Positions 33,509-43,911 are shown, numbered from the stretch's first letter. The stretch is 64,000 nucleotides of DNA from an uncultured Gemmatimonadales bacterium (GCA_963810165.1 CAWEMG010000037.1:6465-70464), one strand, 5' to 3'. Numbers and translations are program-made. Notes: a model not told the origin generated them from the sequence alone.

Positions 33509-33689
33509 GGATGCAGGCAGATCATCGTCGGCCCCAGGTCGAGTGCGACGATTGGTATAGGCAACGGAGTCCGGCGCTGGAGAGCCGCGCCGATCAGCTT
33601 GAGGCTATAGCAGAGATCGGCGGTCTGCCAGAGCAGGAGGGACAAACAGGAAGAAGGTGGCCCTCCCGCCGTCGCCCTGGGCCCCGATC

Positions 33690-34985
33690 TCAGGTCCGCG
33701 GCCGACGGAGCATTACACGAACCAGCCGCACCTCCTGACGGCCCTCGAGCCCGACCGTGTACGCCACCAGCGCGACGGTGTCGGAAACGCTCAGGATCTG
33801 AGGGTACATGCCGCCCTCGCTGCCGGGCACCGCTACGGGGCGAGCCCGACGCTCACCTCGCGGGAGCTCGGCGACGCTGATGAGTCGGGTGCCGCCCAAA
33901 CGGGCGTCCATTGCGGCGACTGCGCCGCCGCCGGGGAGCGCCGCGACCGCGCCGTGCACCGGCGGGAGCTTTCTGCCCTCGACCAGAGGCAGGGGCTCGC
34001 TCGAACCCTCGCCGGCGCCCCCGCCGTGTGCGCCGGTCCTATAGTCAGCCCTATAGTAGAAACCGGCCATCCCACTCGCAGCCGTGTACCAGACGACGTG
34101 CCGGACACCGTCCGTGCCGAGGCTCAGGCCGGGGCCGTTGTGGGGGCAGCCGGGGTAGACCCAGCCGTCGCCGTGGACGCGGGTGGGCTGCTCACTGCGC
34201 GGCGCGATCGCCGCGGTGACGACATCGCGCACGTTGCCGGGAAAGTGCGCGCGCCAGGCGGCCACTACCCCGCCATCGCCACCGCGCGATAGCGTGATGC
34301 GACAGCAGGGGCAGGCACCGCCCCACACGGGGCGGTTGGGGGCCCAGGTGCGACCGAAGTCGGGCGAGCTCGCGAGGAAGACGGTGGCGTCGGGTTCGCT
34401 CGTGGGATCGTTCGCAGTGGCGGCGGTGGCGTGATCGTGCGCAAGCGGTACGCCGCTCCGCTCGTCGAGCCAGGCGGCGACCAGCCCCGAGTCGCCGGCC
34501 CACGCGGCGCCCTGGAAGTTGTGACCGGCCGGCACGCCGGTGGTGTCGTCGTTGACGGTGACCGGCGCGAGCCAGGTGCGCCCACCATCGAGCGAGCGCG
34601 CCAGCCGAATGGCGCTCGCTGGCCAGCGCCGGCCGGCGACCGGCACCTCGCGCGGCCACACGATTGCGAGTCGGCCACCGGGGCCCGCGACGAGGCGCGG
34701 GGACGCCTCTCCGTGCGGTTTCACCTCGTCGGTATCCAGCGTCACGCGGACCGCCGGCGACCACGTCTCCCCCCCGTCGCTCGAGCGGGCGAACCAGATG
34801 CGCCAACCGGCGCCGTCGTCCCCCACCCAGCTCATCAGCACGTCGGCACCCGCGTGATCTCCGGCGAGCGACGGATCCGCCGATGCGACCTGCCCGCCGG
34901 CGGGTGAGTTCGCGAGTGTGCTGACCTCTAGCCCGCCGCCGCATGCGCCGACGAGTAGGAGCGCCGCCGCCGCCGTATTTCTCAT
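33690..34985 (-). CDS. BNR/Asp-box (sialidase-like) lipoprotein with CPCC and GCPH motifs
   Basis: Lipobox LVGAC; Asp boxes SSDGGETW, SLDGGRTW, SPDFGRTW; ATG overlaps the receptor stop. Confidence 0.82.
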   Translation of the reverse strand: MRNTAAAALLLVGACGGGLEVSTLANSPAGGQVASADPSLAGDHAGADVLMSWVGDDGAGWRIWFARSSDGGETWSPAVRVTLDTDEVKPHGEASPRLVAGPGGRLAIVWPREVPVAGRRWPASAIRLARSLDGGRTWLAPVTVNDDTTGVPAGHNFQGAAWAGDSGLVAAWLDERSGVPLAHDHATAATANDPTSEPDATVFLASSPDFGRTWAPNRPVWGGACPCCRITLSRGGDGGVVAAWRAHFPGNVRDVVTAAIAPRSEQPTRVHGDGWVYPGCPHNGPGLSLGTDGVRHVVWYTAASGMAGFYYRADYRTGAHGGGAGEGSSEPLPLVEGRKLPPVHGAVAALPGGGAVAAMDARLGGTRLISVAELPRGERRARPVAVPGSEGGMYPQILSVSDTVALVAYTVGLEGRQEVRLVRVMLRRPRT

Positions 34986-37270
34986 CGTGACCATTGGAAC
35001 CCCGCGTAGAAGGAGCGCCTGTCCGCCGGCTCGAACGAGCGGCCGGCCGCGTTGTCCACCTGCACCGACGCGGCGTAGCGTCTGTCGGTGAGGTTCTGCC
35101 CCGCGACGAATGCCGTGAGCCCGAGCGGCGCCACGCGGTACTCGGCGCGCAGGCCGAGCGTGGCCCACCCTTCGTTGCGCTCGGTGTTGTCGCTGTCCAC
35201 GAAGTAGCCGCTGGGTACCCACTCGAGCGACGGCGTGACCGCCAAGCCGGACCGGTGCTGCAGGCGGAGCTGCGCCGCGAGATGATGGCGCGGCGCCCCG
35301 GGGATCTCGTTGCCGTCGAAGAGCGAGTCGCTGATGAAGCGATAACGCGCCAAGGTGTACGCCACCCGCGCCACTCCGACCGGCAGGTCGACTTCGACGC
35401 CGGTCTCGAGGCCGTAGTGACGGGTGCGCGGCGCGTTCCGATAGGTCGGCACGGTGAACGGCGCACCCGGGAACGGCTGCACGTTGATGTTCTGGATCTC
35501 GTTATCCAGCTCCACGTCGTACGCCGCCACGTCCCAGGCGACCGGACCACTGCGCCCACGAACCCCCAGCTCGAACTGCCAGGCATCCTGTCCCTCGAGA
35601 TCGATGAAACCCGGAACGGTCAGGCTATTCAGCTCGAGGAGCAGCGGTGGCTCGTACGACCGGCTCGCGTTGGCGTAGATCTGGCCCGCGATCCCCGGCA
35701 TCGAGTAGAGCCCCCCCACCTTCGGCAGCAGCGGGTCGTACTCCCGCCGGTCGGATTGGTCGCCGTTGGACAGAAACGCATCTCGCGATTTCCGAATCGA
35801 GTGATCGAATCGCAGGCCGACGACCGCCGTCAGCCGCGAGGTGACGGCCAACGCGTTCTCAGCGTAGACCGCCAGCCCACCTGCTTCGTCCTTCTGATCC
35901 TTTCGCAGCTCCCCGTGCTCCCCCGCCTCGTTCACAAACTGGCGATTGTCCATGTCGAGCCAGGCAGGCTGAACCCCGAGTGTGAATCGGTTGGTGCGGC
36001 CGAACAGCGGAAGCGTGTTCTCATAGCGAGCCTCGACGCCGTAGTCGCGGCTCTGCTGGTTGATGACCTGGAAGATGGGATGATCGATGTCGCGGTACTG
36101 GAAATAGGGACTGACCTCCAGTCTCTGACTGGGAGCGAGCTGGCTCCGGAGCTGCACACCGAGGTGGTGCAGATCGTAGTCCCGGCCCCACTTGCCGGCT
36201 CGGTTGCCGGGGTTCGAAGCCTCAGGATCACTCGCGAACTCCTCCGCATTGAGGGCTCCGGGAAGCTGCTCGTTTACCCGGGCGAAGAAATAGAATGCCC
36301 GGACATCCGTGTTCTCAGAGAGCACGTAACCCAGATGTCCATTCACCCGATCGCGTCCCTGCACCGAGTAGTCCCGGTACCCATCGAGGCTGGTGCGGGT
36401 GTAGCTCCCGAAGTAGTCCAGCTTCCCCAGCGTGCTGCCGGAGGACACCTGGGTCTTGAGGAATCCGTAACTCCCGCCCTCGGCCACCAGCCCCACGGGC
36501 GATGCGGTGTAGCCCGTCTTGGTTTCCAGATTGATGGCTCCGCCGAGCGTCGCGCCGCCATACCGGAGCGCATTGCCGCCCTTGTAGACCTCGATGGATT
36601 CGGTATTGAGCAGCTCCAGCGACTCGAAGTCGGTGAATCCGTCCGCGTTGCGGTACGGCATTCCGTTTACCAGAAGGTTGATGCCTCTGGCGTGAAAGTT
36701 GTTTCTGAGACCCGAGCCGCGAATCGAGATCTGGCTCTCGTCCGCCGCCCCGAACCTGGGCTGCACGTAGACGCCGGGAGTGAAGCCGAGAACATCCTTA
36801 AGGTTGGCCTGGCGGGTGCTGCGGATCTGCGCGGCCTCGACCAGTGCCACTGAGCCCGGCACCTGCGCCAGCCGGGCCCGACGCTCCTCCAGGTCCGCCC
36901 TCGTACCGATGACGGTGAGCTCGGCCAGCTCGGTAACGGCGAGGCGGAGCCGGACCTCGACGTGGGTGGTATCGCCCGCAGCGACGGACACGGTGAGCCG
37001 CTGGGGCGTGTAGCCCAAGAGCCGCGCCGTGAGCCGGGCGCGCCCGCGAGGAACGTCCCGGATCCAGAAGCGGCCTTCCGGGTCGGCCTGCTGGTTGACC
37101 CCACCGCCTTCCACAGACACGAGCGCACCGGGGAGCACCGAGTCCGTGAGGGCCGATCGGATGACGCCGGTGATGGTGCCCGATTGCTGGGCGGTCAGCG
37201 GGGCGGTGACGAAAGCTGCCAGGGACAGCCCGAGTACGGCGCGCATGATGGGTCGACGCGATGTCAGCAT
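34982..37270 (-). CDS. TonB-dependent outer-membrane receptor
   Basis: Signal peptide, carboxypeptidase-regulatory-like N-domain, plug ISIRGSG...IEVYKG...GGAINL, barrel ending QNLTDRRY...PADRRSFYAGFQW. Confidence 0.93.
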   Translation of the reverse strand: MLTSRRPIMRAVLGLSLAAFVTAPLTAQQSGTITGVIRSALTDSVLPGALVSVEGGGVNQQADPEGRFWIRDVPRGRARLTARLLGYTPQRLTVSVAAGDTTHVEVRLRLAVTELAELTVIGTRADLEERRARLAQVPGSVALVEAAQIRSTRQANLKDVLGFTPGVYVQPRFGAADESQISIRGSGLRNNFHARGINLLVNGMPYRNADGFTDFESLELLNTESIEVYKGGNALRYGGATLGGAINLETKTGYTASPVGLVAEGGSYGFLKTQVSSGSTLGKLDYFGSYTRTSLDGYRDYSVQGRDRVNGHLGYVLSENTDVRAFYFFARVNEQLPGALNAEEFASDPEASNPGNRAGKWGRDYDLHHLGVQLRSQLAPSQRLEVSPYFQYRDIDHPIFQVINQQSRDYGVEARYENTLPLFGRTNRFTLGVQPAWLDMDNRQFVNEAGEHGELRKDQKDEAGGLAVYAENALAVTSRLTAVVGLRFDHSIRKSRDAFLSNGDQSDRREYDPLLPKVGGLYSMPGIAGQIYANASRSYEPPLLLELNSLTVPGFIDLEGQDAWQFELGVRGRSGPVAWDVAAYDVELDNEIQNINVQPFPGAPFTVPTYRNAPRTRHYGLETGVEVDLPVGVARVAYTLARYRFISDSLFDGNEIPGAPRHHLAAQLRLQHRSGLAVTPSLEWVPSGYFVDSDNTERNEGWATLGLRAEYRVAPLGLTAFVAGQNLTDRRYAASVQVDNAAGRSFEPADRRSFYAGFQWSR

Positions 37271-37292
37271 TGAATCCGTCCTGTTGTTCGAG

Positions 37293-37460
37293 CTAGGCAG
37301 CAACACGCGTCATCGAATGGATCACAGAATCGATCATCAGCTGAACGGCCGCGGCTGACTGCTTCCGCCGTTCCAGATCTTTCACGATCTCAAGTTGAGC
37401 CTGGATGATCGACTCCTGGATGTTTCTGGCCGCCGGTAAACCCTCGTGGTCCTTCTTCAT
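37293..37460 (-). CDS. 55-aa small helical protein, copy 2
   Basis: Same RBS context (ccaggagaatgacNatg) and same length as copy 1. Confidence 0.8.
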   Translation of the reverse strand: MKKDHEGLPAARNIQESIIQAQLEIVKDLERRKQSAAAVQLMIDSVIHSMTRVAA

Positions 37461-37554
37461 CGTCATTCTCCTGGTTGGCTGTTCCCGCATAGCCTTCATT
37501 GATGAAACGCCTCCGACTGCTCTCACTCTCTGCACTCCGGGCGCGTGCCCATCA

Positions 37555-38592
37555 TCAGCAAACCTTCTGAAGAGCTTGCCACTGCTCCCGGACCGGCTCG
37601 GGCACTGGCCGACTCCAGTCACTTGGCCCACGACGGGCGCCGACTGCAGCAGTCCCCCACGCGGCCGGCGTCACGCCGTAGACCTCCTTGAACTTCCGGC
37701 TCAGATGGCTTTGGTCGGCGAAGCCACACTCGTTCGCCACCGTGGCTACCGATAGACCGGATGAGAGCAGCTCAGCGGCAAGGGCGAGCCGGAGCCGCAG
37801 GTGAAACGCGTGCGGTGGCAGGCCGAATTCGAGATGAAACGCTCGAATGAGATGGGACTCAGTGAGGCCGATCATGTCCGCTAAAGCCCCCGTCGGGATC
37901 AGCTCGCCAAGGTGGTCCTGGAGGTGCCGGCGCACGGGAGCGAGTGACCTGCCGCAGGAACGGGCATGTGCCAGCGGCGCGCTGTGCGCGAACAGACGCT
38001 CGAGTAGCGATCGAGGGATGGCGTCGCGGCCGATCAAACCCACCGGACGCTGCAACTGGCCTATGAGCGCCGCGAGCTGCGCCACACACTCCAGGTCAGT
38101 GACGAGTGCCGGCCGATCAGGAACAGCAAGCCCTTCCACAACAGACGCTTCGAGAAGCAGGGTCACCGGCCCCCGGCCCGGGCCGCCCTGGGCCCGCAAC
38201 GCGCAGAGCTGTAACCGAGGTATGAGGAGGATCTGGTTCCGGTCCGCGGCGAGGCCTCTGCTCGATTCCACCGTGACGAAGGCGGGTGAGCGAAGGAGCG
38301 TGACGGCGAATCGGCTGTGAATCCGTGGTGCAACTTTCCCCGGTGCGTCCTCCAGACAAAGGAGATGGGCGGCCTGCTCGGAGAACGGGCGCCAAACACG
38401 AGAACGCTCAGGCACCCGTGACGCATCCGGTGCGAGGCTCAGGCCCGCGTGCTCTATCCGGCTGGTGGTCTGCTCGGACGCTGGCGCCATGAGATCCTCC
38501 GCTTCCCGCTCGGACTCCTGACGGGAGTAGACATCCATCGCCTCGCGCTCCGCTTCGGGAGCATCGTTCCATCCGTTGTAATCGGCCGTCAT
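37555..38592 (-). CDS. AraC family transcriptional regulator
   Basis: C-terminal HLIRAFHLEFGLPPHAF...GFADQSHLSRKFKEVYGVTP; probable ATG 38592. Confidence 0.88.
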   Translation of the reverse strand: MTADYNGWNDAPEAEREAMDVYSRQESEREAEDLMAPASEQTTSRIEHAGLSLAPDASRVPERSRVWRPFSEQAAHLLCLEDAPGKVAPRIHSRFAVTLLRSPAFVTVESSRGLAADRNQILLIPRLQLCALRAQGGPGRGPVTLLLEASVVEGLAVPDRPALVTDLECVAQLAALIGQLQRPVGLIGRDAIPRSLLERLFAHSAPLAHARSCGRSLAPVRRHLQDHLGELIPTGALADMIGLTESHLIRAFHLEFGLPPHAFHLRLRLALAAELLSSGLSVATVANECGFADQSHLSRKFKEVYGVTPAAWGTAAVGARRGPSDWSRPVPEPVREQWQALQKVC

Positions 38593-38610
38593 GGGGACTT
38601 CCTCGGGCTG

Positions 38611-38756
38611 TCGTGACGGCGCACACAATGCGACAGCGGGCGAGGCGCCACCATTCTGCGAACGGCTAGAAGTCAGTACGACTTTCCTTCGCAGTGGGTA
38701 CGACTTTCGAAGGTGGGACGATCGGCGGACGGGATATAGAACCAAAGTCGTAGACC
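38611..38756 (-). promoter_or_regulatory. Duplicated promoter region, copy 2, with TACGACTTT boxes; divergent between AraC and the NarL regulator
   Basis: Boxes at 38677 and 38699 and inverted at 38744; spacing identical to copy 1. Confidence 0.7.
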
Positions 38757-38849
38757 CAACCTGTCTTTTCGGCCAATAGACGGGGTCGCCGGCTTACGGT
38801 AGGTTCGCTACAGGGCCAGACAGCGTCGTCGCCCGGAACCTTTTGAGGT

Positions 38850-39485
38850 GTGAACTTGCCGAGCCCTTCCATCCGCGTTCTGTTGGCCGACGACCACGCC
38901 ATTGTCCGAAACGGCGTGGCGCAAATCCTCAACGAGCAGCCCGACATTCAGGTGGTCGCCGAGGCAGCGGATGGCGAATCGGCGATCGCGCTGTATCGCC
39001 AGGAACATCCCGATGTGGCGCTCCTCGACCTCCGGATGCCCAAGATCGAGGGAATTCAAGTCGTCGAGCGGATCCGGCGGGAGTTTCCCGAGGCGATGCT
39101 GGTGGTCCTGACCACGTTCGACACCGATGATGACATCGACCGCGCGCTGCGCGCGGGAGCGAAGGGCTACCTGCTCAAGGATGTGGGGCCGGGGGATCTG
39201 GTGGCGTGCGTGCGCACCGTGCACGGTGGCGGTACCTGGGTCTCGCCCACCGTGGCCTCAAAGTTGGTGGCGCGGATGACCCGGGTGCAGATAACCCCGC
39301 AGGAAATGCGCGTGCTCCGCCAGGTGGCCGAGGGTAAGTCCAACCGGGAGATCGGCGAGACGCTCTTCATCAGCGAGGCTACGGTCAAGATCCATCTCAG
39401 CCACCTCTTCGAGAAACTCGGCGCAACCAGCCGGACGGAGACGGTCGCCAAGGCTGTGGAGCGAGGCCTCATCCGCATGGGGTGA
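38850..39485 (+). CDS. NarL/LuxR family response regulator
   Basis: VLLADDH, LLDLRMP, GYLLKD, SNREIGETLFISEATVKIH. Confidence 0.95.
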   Translation: MNLPSPSIRVLLADDHAIVRNGVAQILNEQPDIQVVAEAADGESAIALYRQEHPDVALLDLRMPKIEGIQVVERIRREFPEAMLVVLTTFDTDDDIDRALRAGAKGYLLKDVGPGDLVACVRTVHGGGTWVSPTVASKLVARMTRVQITPQEMRVLRQVAEGKSNREIGETLFISEATVKIHLSHLFEKLGATSRTETVAKAVERGLIRMG

Positions 39486-39536
39486 GCTCCGAACCCTGTC
39501 GTTCGACACCCGCGCCCCCTGGGAGCACAGCTGGCA

Positions 39537-41701
39537 GTGACCGTCCACCCTGATCAACCCGAGGCTCCGGTGAGAAGCATGAGACGCTTCGCGCCGTCAT
39601 TCGCTCCGTATCTCCTGGCCATCATCTCCGTCGCCGCGGCGCTCGCTGTCAGGTTGCTCCTCCAGCACCTCGGTGTCGTCGGCGCCAGCGAGATGAGGAT
39701 GACGCTCTTTCTGTACGCGATCGCGGTGAGCGCCTGGTATCTGGGCGCGGGTCCCGGACTGGTCGCGGCCATACTATCCACTCTCACCTATAACTATTTC
39801 TTGAAGGATTCTCATTCCTTGAGGATCGCGCCGGACCAGATCCCGTTCTATGTCGCCTTCCTGCTCTTCGCGCTGATAATCACGCGGTTCACCGCCGTCC
39901 GGCGCCGAGTCGAAACAGAGCTCCTCCACTTACGCGACGGGCTCCAGAGGGAGGTGTTGCGGAGTGAGTCCTATCTGGTTGAGGCGCAGAGGCTCAGCCA
40001 GACCGGGAGCTTTGGCTGGAGCCCGACAAGCGGCACGATTTACTGGTCGGAGGAGACCTATCGCATCTTCGGCGTCGAGCCCGAGACGCCACCCACGCTT
40101 GAGCTCGTGCTGCAGCGCACCCATCCCGACGACAGGGCCGCCGTGCAGGCCACGATCGAGTCCGCGCAGCGCCACGGGCTGGACTTCGAGCACAAATACC
40201 GGCTGCTGATGCCCAACGGCTCGGTGAAGCATCTCCATGTCGTGGCCCACGCCGTGACCCATAACGGAGGCCGCCGCGAGTTCGTCGGAGCGGTCATGGA
40301 CGTCACGGAGCGCGAGCGCGCCGAGGAAGGGCTCCGCGAGAGCGAAGACCGTTTCCGCACCTTCGTCGACCATGCGACGGACGCGTTCTTCCTGCATGAC
40401 GATGATCTGTTCGTGATCGACGTGAACCGCCAGGCCTGCGCCAGCCTGGGTTACTCCCGGGACGAGTTGATCGGCATGCATCCCCGGGATTTTGACGTTG
40501 GGCTGGACGAGGCGGCCATCGGGCAGCTGGTGGATCGCGTCGCCGCCGGCGAAAACGTCACCTTCGAGAGTCTCCAGCGCCGCAATGATGGAACCGTGTT
40601 TCCGGTCGAGATCCGCACCGGCCGGTTCCAGCGGGGAGGTCGGCCCTACCGCCTGGCGCTGGTGCGCGACATCACCGAGCGCAGGCGCACGGAGGTGGAG
40701 TTGTCGGAGATGAGAGAGCGATTCCGCATTCTCGCTGAATCCGCACTCACCGGTATCTATCTCACCGAGGGCACCCGTTTCGTCTACGTAAACCCGGCGA
40801 TGGCGAGGACGTTCGGCTATACCGTGGAGGAGCTGGTGGGCGGAGGGGGTGGCTCTCTCGATCTGACGTGTCCCGAAGACCGCCAGCTGGTGGCGGAAAA
40901 CATGCGGCGTCGGCTCGACGGCGAAGTGGACGAACTTCGCTACGAGTTTCGAGGATGCGGAAGGACGGCTCCGTGTTCCCGGTCGAAGTGCATGGGCGGC
41001 GGATCGAGCTGGGCGGCAAGGTCGGAGTACTGGGAACTCTGATCGACAACACCGAGCGTGAGCGGGCGCGCCGGTTGGACCAGGAGCAACAATCCGCCAT
41101 CGCGGCCGAGCGGACTCGACTGGCCGGAGAGATCCACGACACCCTGGCGCAGGGACTGGCCATGATCGTGATGCAGCTCGCCGATGCGGAGGCTAAGCTG
41201 GGACCCGCGTGGGCCCGGGCGGAGAAGCCGCTGGGGTTAGTCCGTGAGCTGGCGGTGGAAAGCCTGGCCTACGCCCGGCGCTCGGTCACCATGCTGCAGC
41301 CCAGCGCCCCGGCGGCCGGACTGGCCCGGGCGATTCGCGACCTGGTCGACAGTGGGCGACGGCACTTCGGCGGTAGCCTGAACTTTGCCGTCACCGGCGA
41401 CGCGGTGCTGCTTCCCGCGTCTGTCGAGTCAGCCCTGGCCGGCATCGCGCGCGAGGCGCTGACCAACGCCACCCGCCACAGCGGCGCGCCGCAGGTCAAG
41501 GTGGAGCTAGCCTTTCAGGATGGAGGAGCGGTCCGGCTCGCGGTCGCCGATGACGGGGTCGGCTTCGACGCCGAAAACGTAAGGTCGGACGGATACGGGC
41601 TGACCAGCATGCAGGACCGCGCGGCCCGGGCTGGCGTCGCCCTCACCTTCGTCACGGAGCAAGGCGCCGGAACGGAGGTGGTGGCAAGCTGGTCCCCGTG
41701 A
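39537..41701 (+). CDS. DUF4118-like TM + three PAS + HisKA_3 sensor kinase (frameshift near 40955)
   Basis: Four TM helices, PAS/PAC repeats, ERTRLAGEIHDTLAQG, EALTNATRHS, DDGVGF, GYGLTSM. Confidence 0.9.
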
Positions 41702-41831
41702 GAGGCTAAGACGCTGGGGTGTCCCGCCGATCGAATAAGCAGCCAAGTCAATCGTGAGCCAGTCGCGCACTATCTTCTTGGCACCTAAGAGGGCCTCCAC
41801 CTGGAGGCCCTAAGTTACGTGTGGCTCAGAG

Positions 41832-41903
<72 letters not shown>

Positions 41904-42003
41904 GTGCTGAGGCGTGGATGTTACTTGGCCCGCCGCCGCAGGTCAAACATGTGCCGCGGATCCCCCTTGCGGAGTCGCCCTTTTGGGCGACCATTAAAGC
42001 CTA

Positions 42004-42069
42004 CACGAGTCACGAGTCACGAGTCACGAGTCACAGGTCAAGAGCTGGCGACTGGCGACTCGCCACTGG
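42004..42069. repeat. Heptamer tandem repeats (CACGAGT)x4 followed by TGGCGAC units
   Basis: Read directly from the sequence. Confidence 0.85.
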
Positions 42070-42078
42070 GGTGGGAAC

Positions 42079-42341
42079 ATGGCGGAACCCGAAGGAGGAT
42101 CGGTGCAGCACACTGTCCGGGAGGCCGGCTACGCCCCGAGTTCGCCGATCTGTATCCAGCCATCGAGCCAGGAGTCTGGCTCCCGGCCACCACGGTGGGT
42201 CAGCAACTGTTGCTGTGGCATCTGGCAAAGGCGATAGCGCCGCAAGGAGAGCGGCTGATGGCGGAGGAGCACTTCGAGTTCCGGGGCGGGGTCCGGCTGG
42301 GGGTGCGGAACGGACTCCGCACCCGCGCTGGGGATCACTAG
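42079..42341 (+). CDS. Small hypothetical protein (frameshift near 42120)
   Basis: ATG 42079; RLRPEFADLYPAIEPGVW...EEHFEFRGG reads as coding. Confidence 0.55.
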
Positions 42342-42344
42342 CGG

Positions 42345-43911
42345 TCAGTGCACCGGGCTGGTGAGCTGCACCGTCTTCATCATGGCCGGCTCGGTGGTGG
42401 CGTGGAGGTAGGCGTTCGGATCATGCATCAGAGCGCCTTCAGGGAGGAAATCGTACACCGGCCCCAGCTCACGCCTGATCCGCGAGGCATAAAACTCGGG
42501 TAGCTGGTCGGTTTCCCCCTCCATGAAGCCCCGCACCGAGCGGTCGGTCTGCAGCAATCGCTCGATCTGTTCGTGGTACCGGATCCTGCCGAACCCTTCA
42601 GACGAAATCGCGCGCACCACATTCATCCACTTCGGGATCATCATCGGCGTTGCCGGAATCCGGCGGCCGATGGCCTTCCACGAGAACGAGTACCTCGTGA
42701 CGTCCACGATATGCTTGTAAAACTCCGGCCAGCCGTAGTTCTTGGGCCGGACGTTCATCGCATGGTTGTTATTGAGGAAGTGGAACGGGAACGGCAGCAC
42801 CCGGCCGTCGCGTTGGTAGTCCAGATTCATCGGGGCGGCCCGGCCGAAGGCCGACAGCAGGGAGTAGGCCGGAAATGCCCCGGGAGACAGATCGATGAAT
42901 TTCTTGGTCAGCTCGAACGGCTCCGGCCCCATGTCGCCATCCAGGCCCATGACGAAATTGGTCTGGATGTACGGGATGTACCGGAGAATCATGTTCACGT
43001 GCTCGGACACCTGCTTGACCTTGTCCATGCCGGTGCGACGGGTCTTGGACTTGTTGCCCATGTCGTACCAGGACTCGATGCCCGGAAGAATGGCCTGAAA
43101 GCCGTTCTGCTGCAGCCGCTGCAGGTGCTTCTCCGACAGCAGCGACAGGCTGCTCTCGGCGATGTGTCGCATGCTGCCCCGCGGCGCCGCCGCTTCCACC
43201 GCCTCCATGTAATCGTCGAACCGCACCCCGAAGTTCGGATCATGCCAGCCGACGATAGGGTTCTTCATCTTGGTGAGCAGAAACTTCAGATCATCGCGCA
43301 GCTGGGTAAAGCTGAGCGGCTGATAGTCGACCGTCGAATCGATGCAGAAGCTGCAGGTGTAGGGGCATCCGAGGCTGCCGATCATCGGGACGATCTTGAT
43401 GGTCGGGGCCTTGGCCAGGGTCGACTCCACGAACTTCCACCGCTCCTGGAGCGTCGGCATCTCCAGCGGCTGGGTGGCGGCGGAGATCTGCCGCCCGAGC
43501 GGGCGGTGGGAAGCACACTCGCGGCACACCTCCGCAATGGTCGCTCGGTCGGTAAAGCCGAGGACGTAGTCGTAGTACTTCCGGGAATCCTCCGGGTAAC
43601 AGCGCGCGTGAGGGCCGCCTAGGACCGTGACCGTGCCACGCTTGCGGAAGAGGTTGCTGAGGGCGTAGGACAGCTGGGCCGACTGGGTGAACGCGCCGAT
43701 GAAGACGAGATCGAGATCGGCCGGCAGCTCCTCGAGCAGATCCTCCACGCCGGTATAACAGACGAAGCTGGACGTCGTGACCTTCCTGCTCACACCAGAC
43801 ACCCACCACCTGGGGCATGATGCTGGCCAGGTTCGCATTCATGACCCTGCCATACAGCGACGGATTACTCTTTGTAACGAGATCAAGAATGCCGATGCGA
43901 AGTCGGCGCAT
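42345..43911 (-). CDS. B12-binding radical SAM protein (frameshifted near the 5' end)
   Basis: VLGGPHA cobalamin-binding region; CxxxCxxC in GCPYTCSFC; N-terminus MRRLRIGILDLV in the adjacent frame. Confidence 0.88.
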
